A stretch of 63,614 nucleotides of DNA, counting the filler, from Choristocarpus tenellus KU-1152 (taxonomy: Eukaryota; Protista; Phaeophyceae): assembly GCA_964200185.2 (NCBI GenBank). It is 11 parts of 11 records of this genome, joined end to end, with 100 filler letters (N's around TTAATTAATTAA, not from the genome) between each part and the next. Parts side by side here need not be neighbours in the genome. Positions count along the whole stretch, not along the records: positions 28,014 to 40,193 come from CAXNAD020001936.1; positions 40,294 to 43,995 come from CAXNAD020018427.1; positions 44,096 to 47,051 come from CAXNAD020023376.1; positions 47,152 to 58,222 come from CAXNAD020002522.1; 7 more parts are not named here. One strand, given 5' to 3'. This document shows positions 39,274 through 52,820 of this stretch, piece after piece. Position numbers and translations under genes: made by a program. Under the pieces are notes generated by a model. It was given only the letters and a program-made list of their open reading frames with translations. It had not been told where the DNA came from and searched no databases. How positions within the stretch are numbered: the first letter of the stretch is position 1; each line of letters opens with the position of its first letter.

Positions 39274-41908
39274 GTGAGGAGGAGATAGGTCAGGGTCATG
39301 TATAGGGATGAGGTTTAGGGATGAGGTATGCTGCGCTGTTTTAGGTAATGTAGCAAACCGAATCAATAAAAAAGGTATACCTATGTTGTACTTTTTGGTA
39401 AGAAAGGTATAGCATATTTAAGAGTGTAAGAACCAAGTTATTGGCGTTTTTAAGAGGACCTTTTATTTTACTCTTACTGTTGATGATTGGTCACTTCCCA
39501 GATCTGATTACTTGTAAATTGACAGTGAGCCCACCAGTAAGAGATGACCATAAGATATGACAGTATTTACCACCAATGGTACCACCAAAGGTCAAAAGTA
39601 ATTCAGTCATGTCAACATTTTAGCATGGTCATACTACCGTACTATACATAAAAAAAACACTATTATTTGTTGAATAAGGTACCTCTACAAGGTGTAGCAT
39701 GATTGAGGTGAATCACTGGTGAGGTGTAGTGATACCAAGGTATACCTTGATAAAGGTACACTATCAATAGCTATGTCAATCGGAGGTATAGCACTTTTTC
39801 TCTTCAAAAAACGGTACTGCTTTTGTATTTTACTATGGGTGTTATGGTAAGAAATTACTGCTAGATAAAGGTATGTTGTGGTTAGGGTATAGTAGAGGCA
39901 ATAGTGAATAGCAAACCATGGGTTTTTGTACTGTGAACTGAAAGAGTTCAAACGTCCTCTGTTGACAATTGCTTCCAATTGCATGCATGGATGAGGAAAA
40001 ATACTGCATTGGGAAGGCGTTTCTTATGTCTTCACAGTCAACGGTGTATTATAGGTAGACAATGATGGGTTTCACCAACATTCTAGGGTAACCTCCAAAT
40101 ATTTTTTTCTGCAAGTTTCAGCCCAACCACCTCTCCCCCCCCACCCCCCCCCCCCACCCCCCCCCCCCCCCCCCCCCCCTCCAAACACCACCANNNNNNN
40201 NNNNNNNNNNNNNNNNNNNNNNNNNNNNNNNNNNNNNTTAATTAATTAANNNNNNNNNNNNNNNNNNNNNNNNNNNNNNNNNNNNNNNNNNNNGGGGTGT
40301 TACAGAGTAGGTGAAGTTGTGAGTGGTGGAGTACCGGCAAGGAGGTTGAAGGGGAGGGGGGATCACCTATTGGCCGTTGCAAGAACAATAATAATTATAG
40401 ACAGTTACAATGTTACGATTTTAAAAAATGGGCTTTCTTTTATGTTGAAGAAAGGGGGGGGAGGGGATATTGTCGCATTTGTTTTTTTCACCACTTGGCA
40501 AAGGCGACAGACACACAGTTCCGAAGGATTTTTTAATTAGATTTGAAATGTGGGGACTGGACCTTTCACTCCATTGGTTTGACACAATAAATGAAATGTG
40601 ACTTGACTCTTGTGGGTATTTCTGTTGTGGGTGGAAGGTGCTTAGTTCTTTATCGTTGAGAAGAAACCCGATCGAGATGGCTCTTGATAAGAAGTAATCA
40701 AACGTATGTGATTGTTTTTTATTTGCAGGTGTGACTGAATCAAAGGTATGTGATTATTTTTGAGATCTTGTGTGCCCCCATCGGAGGGTCTCTTGGAGAC
40801 AGACCCCACCTGGTGTTGCTTCGTTCATTGTTGCTTTTTTTTGTATGTGTTGGCCTTTTTGATTGGTGTAAGTTGACTGTGGACGCTATGAGAGCCTGGC
40901 TGATTCCGACTCGTTTGATTGGTTCTTGTGTTGCAGACGAGTGCACATCCCGTGTTTGGAGGTGGCCTTGACCAATCAAGTGCCAATGAGAATCCTCTTC
41001 CCCCACCCACCCACCCACCCACCCCGTATGCCCGTTGATGTGTAGAACAGAACATCTGGGATATGTTTATGCCAGCATTGAATGGGTACTAACTGGTATC
41101 TTGATTGGAAAGGAATGTTCCAGTGGTTAGGTTTAAGATACTATATATTATATACTGTATGTACAGGCTGTTCTATCCATCGGGGGGTAATGAAAGTTGC
41201 TTTTCAAATAACGCCTCTCTTTTTTGGGTGTTGATCTCTGTGTGTGTGCCTCTTCATTGTGGTGGCAAGAAATTACATTGAGTGCTGTTCAATGCCGTTC
41301 AATCTCATTCAGTGTCATTCAATGTCAGGGGCGATTGGTTCCTGAGGTGGAAGAAGCTGTGTGCCATGCTGAGGATCCTTGTGAAGAAAGCCCTGGTTGC
41401 TATTTTCTTGGATTCTTTGCAGGGATAACTCTTTCCCTTTCCACTTGTAGAGAAGTGTTGAAGGACTAAACTTGACTGAGAAGCAGCTTCTTGGTTGGGG
41501 GGTGTTGGAAGAGTGAGATTCTACGAAGTCAGGAATAACCTTCTACAGGATGTCGTGTGATCAGACTTAACGCAAAAATCCTTTGATCCAGAGTATTTCC
41601 GAGTTGTGATAGGCCCTGCTGTTTTTAAAAACAAACCACCTCAACTTCCAAATCGATCTATTCATCATGAATCCCCCCAGTCACCAAGAAGATCTAGATG
41701 TTGAGTATAGCATAACCTGAATCGGGTGTTGTTGCCTATTGCATTATGTGTATTGTACCTACTATTGTGTTTCATTATGCACACCGATTTATCATTTTCA
41801 TGTTATAATTACTCTTGTTGTTTGGTCATTTTTAGTTTAAGAGTAATTTGACTGGTCTATACTTCAACGAGAAATATCCTTGCTGTTGCTGCTTTTTTGG
41901 GGGGTTGA

Positions 41909-42176
41909 GAGTCGATACATCTTAGAGGGTAGAGCCACGTCCGTTTGGGGACCAAAATCCAATGTTGCAATTTTGATGTTGTTTTGGCTTATCCTGTTTG
42001 TTAGCGAGTGTCAATATCCTTGCTCCGGACACACCTTTTCATATCATAAACACTTTTTCTACTCCGAAACATTTTGGAGTATGTAAAATGTCATGAAAAA
42101 ACCGGTGGGAAGCCAAGCCTCAAATGGACATTAGACAAAAAGGGCAAAACTCGTACCCTCTAAGGTACTTTCACTC
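41909..42176. mobile_element. MITE-A
   Basis: TIRs; 4-bp TSD TTGA. Confidence 0.92.
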
Positions 42177-43008
42177 TTGACTATTATCACATTCATTCGT
42201 TCATAGTGTACAGCACGTAATTTGTCATTCGAGGATGTCGTGCTTATTCACTCAAACTGTTCTGAAGCAAAAGATTATGGATACTATTATGACGTAATGA
42301 GTCCATGTATAAGAACTGCCATTCCTTCTATTCTACTTCGATCTGTGTGTGTGTGCATATGTACGAACCCTTGCTGTGCTCCAGGAACATATATTAGACC
42401 GTTTCTGTCTATTCGTGTAGTGTATTTGTCCGTGGAGAAAACTGCTCCTTATTGTTTGTCTGCCTGATTTTGTTGACTGTCGTTCGAAAGGTGGATGAGT
42501 GAATCATCACAATCTTGCCCATAGATCATCTGGGTATGATTCCTTCCTTCTAATGATGAACGTGCGTTACGATGAATCTGCCTTGCTGAAGCTCCACACA
42601 TTTCCGCCACACCTCATGTACATACCACTTGATGTACGTACCTGTTGAACTGCCTTTTATTGGGGGTCGCATTGTAGCAGCCAATCATCAAAATTGAGGA
42701 TGAGCGAGACGCGGACTGGTGTGCGAAAAGTGCACATATGTTTTTTTTTTTTGATGTTGCGGCACTTTTGGAAGGCCCTGCTACGAATGGGAATCCATCC
42801 TGACGGTGGTAGTAGGACAGTGTGTGGGGGTCGGCAACGATTTCGTTTGATCGCCGTGTACATGTATGCCCTGCGTTGGCTTGCTTGCTTGAATTGAAAG
42901 CGCGTTCGTGATCAAACTCTCTCTTCAACACACTTATTCTATGGTTTCCGTCCAGTGTGCGTCCTTGAACGGCAAGCGCGGTGTCGGCGGTAAGCTGGTC
43001 CCTGTTGC

Positions 43009-43278
43009 CTAAGCAGTCTTGTTGGATGACGATGGACGGAGCAAACTGCTCGAGCCAGACCTTTCACGGATAGACTTGCTGACGCGTGCAAGGCCACACT
43101 CGCTCAGGGGTTGCACCATCTCTGTGCACGTGATGTTGCCGAGTTTCATCTTGTACATGCCGAGGTAGTGCTGTTCGAGGAGCGAGGACATGCCCTTGGC
43201 ATTGCTATCCGACGCTCTCGATCCATGTGCAGCGCCATTGGTGCGCAGGGGGGTCGTTGTTGAGCGAATGTTGGACAT
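43009..43278 (-). CDS. Possible first exon or short ORF of an unknown gene
   Basis: GC-rich island with an ATG in GCCATG context; no recognisable domain, and it ends in TAG before any clear donor. Confidence 0.3.
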   Translation of the reverse strand: MSNIRSTTTPLRTNGAAHGSRASDSNAKGMSSLLEQHYLGMYKMKLGNITCTEMVQPLSECGLARVSKSIRERSGSSSLLRPSSSNKTA

Positions 43279-45519
43279 GGCGAAGATTGGGAAGGTGTGA
43301 CGGGGATAGATAAGAAAGAGCTGCCGGAGTGAGGGCTGGGAGGTGCTGCTTTATTTCATCTGGTCCGTCGGTACCCAAGAAACTCAAACTTCTCTTTCCG
43401 TTGATAAATGTGTTCCAAAAAATATGAATATCGTACAGTATACGATTTCATATTTAAAACAGAGAGTATCAGTTTTTTGTGACCTTTTGATTTCGGAACA
43501 TTTCAAACGTATTAGATCAGTTTAAGTATGTGGTTTGTATTTTTAAAATTGTTGATATTAAGAATAGAATATAATTTTTATTTCATAAGAACCAGAATAC
43601 ACGTATTTTCCAGAAAATGGATTTCAGGCTGGTCCGACAGATCACTCGAAACTCAAACATCGTCCGCCCGGCTTCGAATTCAATTCAATCGTGCCCAAGA
43701 CCGCCTGTTGCCGGAAACCAGAATAGAATCTAGTTTTTTATTTCATCACAGCGAGAATAAACGCGTTTTCCAGAACACGGAATTCATTTTGGTCCGACGG
43801 GTCTCTTCAAACTCAAACATCGTACGCCCGGCTTCGAATTCAATTCACTCCTAGACCTTCTCACTGCCCAAGACCGCCTGTTGCCTGAAAACATCATGAC
43901 AGTTGCTCCCATCCATACATACGTACGTGCACTCGACGACGTACATCGACGTAATTTCTTTTTATTTTGTGTGATCTTTCATCATCTATCTCCCCNNNNN
44001 NNNNNNNNNNNNNNNNNNNNNNNNNNNNNNNNNNNNNNNTTAATTAATTAANNNNNNNNNNNNNNNNNNNNNNNNNNNNNNNNNNNNNNNNNNNNAGGTG
44101 TACCTTATTTTGTGTATATGAGATTATTGTGTTGAATTGAGTCCATGTGATGTAACTAATGAGATAGTACATGCAGATTATGTGTAGGGATTATGTATGG
44201 GTTTGGTTCTGCATTCAACTACTCTCACATAACCATTGACTTACGTATGAAGCACAAAATAATAATAAAACAAGAAATAAGAAGACACCCCACAAGGTCA
44301 CTCTTCTTTTCAACTATGTAATCACGGTCAGCAATGGAGAATTGTGCGAGGGTCCACACCTTCTTGTCCTCACCACTGATCAAATAGCAAAACCTTCCAA
44401 GGTTAATTGCACATAGTGCAAGGGGAGATCAGATCCTGTGGCGGACTGGCCACAAGGGATGTCGGATTTGATTGAACAACACCACAATTGCAGTATAGTT
44501 GTAGCTGAAATTTCGTTGAAACTATTTAATACTTTCGCACCATTTCTTACATTTACATTTGAATTCAGTATTTCGTTATAACATATGCTTTGTTCCTTCA
44601 ACAAGTGCTTCAGAGATACCTTCCTCTTTGCAATACTGTAGTGTGTATATATTCGTTTGCAAAGCAGCAGGGTTAGCAGTGCTTTACACTTAGTGTAACT
44701 GCACCATTCCTTTGTAGCAAAGGAGTATTAATCACATGTAGATTACAAACTGAAACTGAAGATCAAAAATATTTTCTTGAGGTTATTTGGGGGAATATCA
44801 AGGGTGTGTCTTGGTCTCTGATAATTTATTTATGATTAACTGCCCATGATGCCATAGTACCAAAGCACATTTTTGTAGCTGAAAAGCACCATACGCACGC
44901 AGATCATGTAGTACAAACTCCCTCCCTCAAGTCCCACCTCCAATGTATTCCACATGTTGCCCATTGGGAATCTGAAATGACTACCCCTAAGTATATGAGT
45001 TCATTTTCTACAGCTTCCTACACCCATTTCCAATATCAGACAGGTCAAGCCAGGAACTTCAAGAGGAGAAAGCAGTCAACCATCTCCTACAAATATGATT
45101 TCACTGCAGCCCACCTTCAAACCACACTCCAGACTACATACAACATGGTATCCTGGATGCCCTGGTGGCTTCACTGATTGTGATCTTTCCATCCCTTACT
45201 TCATGCCTGCTGTGATCCTCTTTGCAAGGAACGTGATACATGTTTCCTTCCATGACTTCTGGAGGGGTAGAACCAGGAAATGGATTGTGGTGTGGTCCGA
45301 GGTCATAGAAAAAGGGAACATCCGAGTTGATGGACTGTGGCATTGTACAAGGAGGATATCCTGTACCTGTGGACCATCAGAAGCACAGGAGGGTGCTCAT
45401 TACCACGCCTTTGCACCTACTAGATTTAGATCGTGATCTTCAGGCAGAATACAAACTCAGTTCACACCAAACAACTACTTGGCACCTAGGTGAATCAGTG
45501 ATGGCCCTTCCACCCTGCA

Positions 45520-46460
45520 CCCTCGTACCTTCTATACTTCTCTCTGTTAAAACATAGGCTACTCAGTCGATTTGCTTTGATACGATACAGTATCGTCAGT
45601 CCATACTGAACGTTGATTTGTCCATTGCAATGGTCGCTATTCCCATTTGCATCATTAGCTCATCTACTCATCATCACAACTCACTCAGAAGATCACAGTA
45701 TATAGGAAGTATAGGAACAGTCGCTATCTGTAACTCATACAGGCATATTATGTGTGACAGTAGTTACCTTAGATATGGATTCAAGGTTGACTTCTTTCTT
45801 CCTTGTGTTACTTCTTCTTTGTCAAGCAATTTATCAGTTGCGTAGCATGTGTTGATTATTATTTTCTACTTGACTGGCAGTGCCCCTCTGAAGACATCCT
45901 GTTTGCTCTGTAATACGCGCAAGACACGCCAGGATGCAATATAAACAGAGTTAAAACCATTCTTCGAAACCCTTCTCAGCCAAGGTGGCAACCCTCTCCA
46001 CAGGGTATGAATTTCTTCATTTGAGCGTTTCTATGAATGATCACACACTCTCTATCAATCATAGTCTGCTTGGGTAAAACATGTCACAGACGTACCAGTA
46101 CACATTTCACTTCAACCAAAGTCTGATAGAGTAAAACATGCCTTCAGACGCACCAGACTGAACCCGCAGGTGTCTTATTGAACTATGACACACACTGGCC
46201 CCTAAGTGTGCTAACCACAGTACAACCAAACGCGCTTTCACGTCAACCACTGTCTGTCTGCTTGAGTAAAACATGTCATCAGACCCAGCAGAACAACTTC
46301 ATCAGTGCTTTGTTGCACTATGATGCCCTTCGCTACCTTGAACTAGCCACTTTACAACAATGCACAAGTCATACGAAGTCAGGTTTCAACAAGTTATAAG
46401 CCTCACATGATTCCCCTTCTATGACTCAGGGTGATGTATGCACTCCATGATGGCTTCTAA
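45520..46460. repeat. Dispersed repeat D (second copy about 52020-52820)
   Basis: Shared colinear blocks such as CAGAGTTAAAACCAT..GAAACCCTT..CAGCCAAGG and GTTTCAACAAG.TATAAGCCTCACA. Confidence 0.75.
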
Positions 46461-47299
46461 TAGGACATGGCGAGCAAGTGGGTAGCATGCCACCAAAAGC
46501 TGGTCGAATTAGTGCACACTGGCAGTGGTCTATCCAGTTTTTCGAATCCAAAAAATGTGAAGATCCCTTCCTCCACGACACTGATTATCCTACATTTGTG
46601 TAAGCAAGACATGCAGCTTTTTGGGGGCGTTCAAGTGGAACTAGCAAGGACCGGTCTTGGATCGTTTCTGTATTTTCACATGATTTATCTACAGATTCAG
46701 TTCAGCCAATGATGTAGGCGGTGTGGACCCTGAGTGACCAATTCCTCGAAATGTACCCAAATCTATGATGTCAGTGACGGTTGACTCCCTCTTCTTGTGC
46801 TTCCCAACTTGACATGTGTATCTATTCTTGGTTGGTAGGTAGGGGTAGGGTGGGATTGGAAAAGAAGAAGCTTTTGACTCCCTTGAAATTGCAGGGGAGC
46901 TGGGAGAAAACATGATGCTGTATCATCCCTAGTGGCGATGTCATCTGTTCTCAGTGCTTTCCCTATGTAAAGATGTGTTGATGCATGGTGTGTGCTGATT
47001 CCTTGTATACCCTGTAATATCAAAAAAATCTATATTGGATGGGTGGGGTGGNNNNNNNNNNNNNNNNNNNNNNNNNNNNNNNNNNNNNNNNNNNNTTAAT
47101 TAATTAANNNNNNNNNNNNNNNNNNNNNNNNNNNNNNNNNNNNNNNNNNNNCTGTATCGTTTCAAGGAAGAAACAGATGAGTAGCCTATGTTTTAACAGG
47201 CGTCCCCTCCTGGTGCTTGCCACTGGGTTCGTCTTGCTTGTTTATTTTCGAATGCCTGGGTTCTGTCATACGCCCTCCACGTTTCAAATTGCACCTTCA

Positions 47300-47670
47300 C
47301 CAGCTCAAAGATCCGTCTGATCTGGATCCTTTTTTAGCTCAGCGCCCGTGATACATGCTTGGTAATTTCTTCCTTCAACGCAGGGGGTTCAAGCCCTGAA
47401 ATAAAGGCCTCCGAGAGTCCTTCCCCGACCCTGCCTTCCAACCCTCCCCTACTTTTCCTGATTCCGGCGGAAAGCACCATCGAGATTGTTATTTTCTAGT
47501 TAGCCCTCGATCTTCTGGACCACTCCCATGACCCGATCAGTGGCAGACCCTCCATTTCCCATCCGGACTACCCTCTGCAAATCCCCTTGGATTTGCCCAA
47601 TGTCGAAGGTGCGATCTTCGTCGTTGACTCGTGCCAACTTCTTGAGTGCTTTCAGGAGTTGGTCCTCCAT
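47300..47670 (-). pseudogene. Degenerate LTR-retrotransposon gag-like segment
   Basis: Frame with internal stops: MEDQLLKALKKLARVND...EAFISGLEPPALKEEITKHV; resemblance is by eye only. Confidence 0.4.
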
Positions 47671-48805
47671 TGCTGCAGGTCAATTATTCTCGAGGTTGCC
47701 ACTCACCAGAGCTCATTCTGAGCAACAGTTAGGGATTCAGCCAGTGACATTAGCGCAACTTGCACACCTCCTTTTGAATGCTACACCCTAGCCTCAGCCT
47801 GTATTCCCGCCAAGCAGTTAGAAACTCCCTTAACTCCTTCTCTGAGAGTCTTTCAACCCATGGAGATTGAATATGGTACGCAATTGCAGCTTAGACCAAT
47901 CGGTCTCACACAAGTCCCCCCAGGCTGCGCCAGGTCCATCACCATCGTTCCTTGACATGTTGGACCACTTCAATCTAGTTACTCTGCTGGTTTCTGCCCG
48001 GTTGTGTGCACTCCAAGCTCCAGCATGCTTCCCATGATCACGTGTTGGCCTCGCCCAGACAATTCTGGCGCCACGCTTGATCCTATGGTCAGGTCTTAAT
48101 AATTCAATTGAATTATAGACAGTTCAACCGGAGCAACTGATGTATGATGGCTTGTAAGGATTCCTCCCCACGTTGGGGCTTACAGCTCTGTTGTTTGCTT
48201 AAGGAATGAGCATAAGTCCTGTCAGGGACCACATATGCTCCAAACACCAAATAATGCAAACGCCTCAGCTATGCTAGGAAAGCCCTCCATGCTGTGTCTA
48301 CAGCACGCTATTGAAGATGTTTTGCCATCTAGGCTAATGACCCATTCGCCACATTCAATTCCTTGGACAAATATCTATGTAGGATATACTCAACGCTATT
48401 TAGAACCCCTACTCAAAAACTCCCTGGTAACTCTAAAAGTTCATCAAGGTAAGGGCACCAATCAGCACAGAAGGCTGATGTACATGTCCTTTTAAGAAAG
48501 AGCCACAGGCAAATGGGCGACATTTCTCCCCAGTTGCAGACAGTCCGGATGTGTTATGGAGATTCCAAAACTCAGGAGGTAAGGAATCTGGGGGAGGTGT
48601 AGGTAAGCTCCCGAAGTTTGGCAAATGTCTCTGCCACCTCTTCATCATGTCCAACATATATCGTGATGGCTGATTGGATACGGCTGGGATACATCCTATC
48701 AGAGCCTGTTGCAGAATTGCTTTTTTTCCCCATTAAAGCCATCCAGAAGGAGGAATGGATATACTCCCTCTCAGGGGGGCAGTACTGTTGTTCCCCAGTC
48801 CCTGT

Positions 48806-49248
48806 GAATCAAAGTATCTGGGGAGGGTGGCGACTGTCAATATGGGGCCCATTTTTCAATGTCACGATTTTTGGGCGGTATAGATTGCATGCGTCGGATG
48901 GATAATATAAGTGCACCTTTCCTGGTCAGGACCCAAATGAGTGAAAGTATCGTAGAGGCTACGAATTTTGCCCTCTTTGTCCATGTGAGGCTTGGCTTCC
49001 CACGGGTTTTTATTGACATTTTATCTACTCCCAAGTGTTTCAGAGTAGGTAAAATGTATACATATTGAAAAGGAGCGTCCAGACAAGGATAATGACATCT
49101 CCTAACAAACATATGATAGTCAAAATTACATCAAAATTGCAACATTGGATTTTGGTCCCCAAATGGATGCGGCTGTACCCTCTAAGATACTTTGGTTCAA
49201 ATGGAGACCCTGATGTAGACCCCCGCCCCCCTCCAGATACTTTCAGTC
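48806..49248. mobile_element. MITE-B hosting a nested MITE-A
   Basis: GAATCAAAGTATCTGGG...CCAGATACTTTCAGTC; 3-bp TSD TGT. Confidence 0.92.
48939..49198. mobile_element. MITE-A nested in MITE-B
   Basis: TIRs; 4-bp TSD AAAT. Confidence 0.93.
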
Positions 49249-49843
49249 TGTGTATGTTGCCACTCTGTCATTAGGTTCCATTACAGCTCACATGAGCTCA
49301 TACTGGTTCTCATTGGGGGATTTAGGAACCAGTACCCTGAACGTTTTGTCGATCCCCAGGGTCTGTCCTTTGCTAGGAGAACGCACGCCCCCTTGGATAT
49401 ACCTCCATGGTGTTGGCCAAGTGCTGCAGCTCGTTCGTAGGGAGATTTGGGCTCATCTCCTTGGAGCTCCTGGCGTCTGCTGGTCCTCTGGACCATTACA
49501 GTACCCAGGTGGATAACTCCTGGATGTTTCCTGGCACTAGACGGGCGAACCGTTCCTCCCTTGAGAACTTTCCATAATTGGCAAGAAAGGCTGAGAGACG
49601 AGATAGAGAAGCTTGAACGTTCTGACATTCCCTACTGAGGGAGTCCTCCTCTCTAGTTGTGGGACAGCTACCTCATGCATCAGGAGGTTCGCTGTGTGTA
49701 TGAGGGTGATGACTTGGGCAGTGTGAAACCTTCCAGGGACCTTCTTGTCTCCAGGATCTCTATCTGGACTTATTCAAGGGCAAAAGCAACACCATGGTAG
49801 GTATGAATGTGGGGGTAGGTGACCCAGATTGTCCAGGGGGTGA

Positions 49844-50096
49844 TGTTAGAACACTAGTAAACCCTGGTTTAGTAGTGTTCTAACAAAAGCTAATCCCGGG
49901 GATCGCAAGCTGTTAGACTTGATGAGGTTTCACCCAAGGGTTGCTATCCCTCTAGTCAGTGACCAACTTCGGTGGGGCAGTTGCTAATGTGAGGTTGAGT
50001 ATCCTGACGGCGTGTTTAACTTTGTGACAGATGTGTAACTATGGCGAAATTCGATCCCACGAGAGTAGCGTTTGTTAGAACACTAGTGCTCTAACA
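49844..50096. mobile_element. Solo LTR (253 bp)
   Basis: TGTTAGAACACTAG...CTAGTGCTCTAACA; flanks GGTGA/GGTGG (5-bp TSD, 1 mismatch). Confidence 0.7.
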
Positions 50097-50281
50097 GGTG
50101 GAGGGGAGCGGGGGAAAGGATGAGAAACAATGATCCCCCTACTTAGGGTAGGGTTGGGGGAGGTGTGATGGGGAGAGGGGGGAAGGTGGAAAGGGATTTC
50201 CAGCAAGGGAGGCATTTCGGCTATGCCCTGCCCACTCGCAAATTTCAGTCCCTCCAAACGAGTATGTGTCCAGGAGGTAGT

Positions 50282-50800
50282 GAGTCAAAGTAACTTAGAG
50301 GGTAGCCACGTCAATTTTGGGACCAGAATCAAAGAGCCAAAGTATCTTAGAGGGTACAGTTGCGTCCATTTGGGGGCCAAAATTCAATGTTTCGATTTTG
50401 ATGTAATTTTGTTTATCGTGTTTGTCAGGAAGTGTCAACAACCTTGTTCTAGACACAGCTTTTGATAACGTACGCATTTTACCTAATCGAAACTATTTTG
50501 GAGTAGGAAAATGTCAAAAAAAAAAAACGAGGGAAGCCAAGCCCCAAATGGACGAACAGGGCAAAACGCGTACCCTCTAAGATACTTTCAATCAAATGTT
50601 GTGATTTTGACGTAATTTTGGCTATCGTGTTTGTTAGGAGTGTTAATACCCTTGTTCCGGATACACCTTTTCAAAACGTACACATTTTACCTACTTCGAA
50701 ACATTTTGGAGCAAGTAAAATGTCATAAAAAACCCATGGGAAGCCAAGCCCCAAATGGATAAACAGGGAAAAACTCGCACCCTCCAAGATACTATCGCTC
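50282..50800. mobile_element. MITE-A (outer) hosting a nested MITE-A
   Basis: TIRs; 3-bp TSD AGT. Confidence 0.92.
50334..50593. mobile_element. MITE-A (inner)
   Basis: TIRs; 3-bp TSD AAA. Confidence 0.92.
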
Positions 50801-52019
50801 AGTCTTGGTCGTGGGAGGATATATACGCCGTCCCCTCAGAGGTGAAATCTCAGCGTGGGGTGAAGCTGATCAAACCCAGCATTGTCCCTCACACCCCCCT
50901 GAGAGGGCTTGACGGAGCACAAATACATGGCCCCCCCATCCTCGTGGGCGTGGGAAAGAAACGAAACCAACGGAATCTAAAGAGGGAGACGTAGAGCCAG
51001 GATGCTGTGGGGACCCCACTGGTCTGTGTGATCTAGGCGGATGTAGTGTTGAATGTGGTACGGGGGGTGAGGGAGAGGTAGGGGGCCCAGGAGCCCAAAA
51101 CTCGAGAGTCAGACAATGGGACCGGATTTGGCTCCGAGTCAGAGTCAGGGTGGGTAGGAGTGTGGGGGAGAGGGTGCCCTGACCTGTGGGTTGAGGTGGG
51201 TGAGGTGAAACATCTGGCTTGGGATGTTGTGTGGCGAGAATGGTGAATTTGGGCCTCACCCTGGAGGGGGTGGAGCCTTTGGTTAGCAAGAGTGGCGTAG
51301 GTGTTGTTGGAGAGGGTGGGGATCGGTGAGTGTGTGCTGCAATGAGGGTATGTGAAAGGGTGTGAGATGGAGCGTAGGAGAAAACGTAGGGATAGAGAAA
51401 GGGGCAGAGGAACGACTGGGTGCCGATGGATTGGAGGACGGCCTCGTGTCCTATACTCCTCTCCATGGTCGTGAAAAAGAATTTCGGGGGGCCCTGGCAA
51501 GGTAGGTGGGGCATGGGATGTGGTGTTGGGGAGGTGGTCGGGGAGGCAAAGGGAGGAGGCACAGCCCAGGTCAAGTGAGTGTGGACAGGAAAAGGAGAAT
51601 ACTGACAATTCTATCTAGGAAATGCAAATGAACCAAAGCTCTGGTATTAGGCGGCGAGGTTGCTGAGGTAGACATGGCCATTGGGTTCCATGTATATCTC
51701 CTGTCATGGGTTCTCCTGCCTCCTCCCTTAAGCTTCCATCCACCTCCCCACAACACCATTACCATGCTGTGGACCCTGTGGAATTTCAGTGGCACCACAT
51801 TCTGTACAGTCGCTCGTTGCTCTCCCTTGCCTATCCCATGTACGTCGCTGCCCTTTTTTATCACAGGTCCATCCTGGGAAAACACTAGCGGCTGGGGGCT
51901 AATGGTATTCCTCCAAACTCTTCTTATCATCCTTTTCTTGTTTTTCTCATTAAGCGCACTACTGCTGCTGCTACAAGCACCTAGTACGAACAAAAACCAC
52001 ACACTGGAAACGGGGGGAG

Positions 52020-52820
52020 GAAATGCGCATACTTCCACACAAACTTACTGCTGGTCGGTCGGTTACGCTCTGGACGTTACTGTCACAAGTTCATCATCCC
52101 CGCATCAATTACCATCAGAACACCGTAGTAAAGAACAGTCGCTCTGCGTTCCACACGCAAGAATAGTATACGTCACTTGAGTTGCATCACACATTGGTTC
52201 AAGTTCCGTTGTTCCCTTGGTTGTTTTTTCTTGCACTCTTTCTTATTATTATTAGCAGAAGCTGACAGTATTACATTGATTGTTGATTATTATTTCTTCC
52301 ATGACTGCCATTGATCTCTCATACTGCACCAAGCTCACTCTGCAATAAGTGTACCAAATACATGCATGGATGTAATATAATCAGAGTTAAAACCATCCGC
52401 GGAAACCCTTGCCAGCCAAGGTAACGAGCCTCTCCACAGATAATGGACTTTTTTCATTGAATATCTCATGAAAGAATACTGAATCCACATCACATCATTC
52501 TGGATTGAGCAACCAAGAATATTGAATTCTCATCGCATCATTCTTGACTGAGAGATCAATGACCTCAGTTACAACATAATAAATACATCGGTGCTTTGCA
52601 GCACAATCGCACCTATCCATAACATAGACTACGCATATTACTCACCGGTGCTTTGCAACACCATGATTCCTCATCGCTCGTTGCTACGCATTTTTGTTTA
52701 CATGTACGATGCATTCGATTCACGTTTCAACAAGGTATAAGCCTCACACGACTCCCCTTCGCTCAGGTTTCAACAAAGCATGGTAGGCGTACATTGATAG
52801 CCTCAGAGTGGCATGTTGAT
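52020..52820. repeat. Dispersed repeat D, second copy
   Basis: Colinear with 45520-46460. Confidence 0.75.

Noticed and set aside
50870-51608. Long Pro/Thr/His-rich ORFs on the minus strand
   Set aside because: Explained by G-rich strand bias; no recognisable domain
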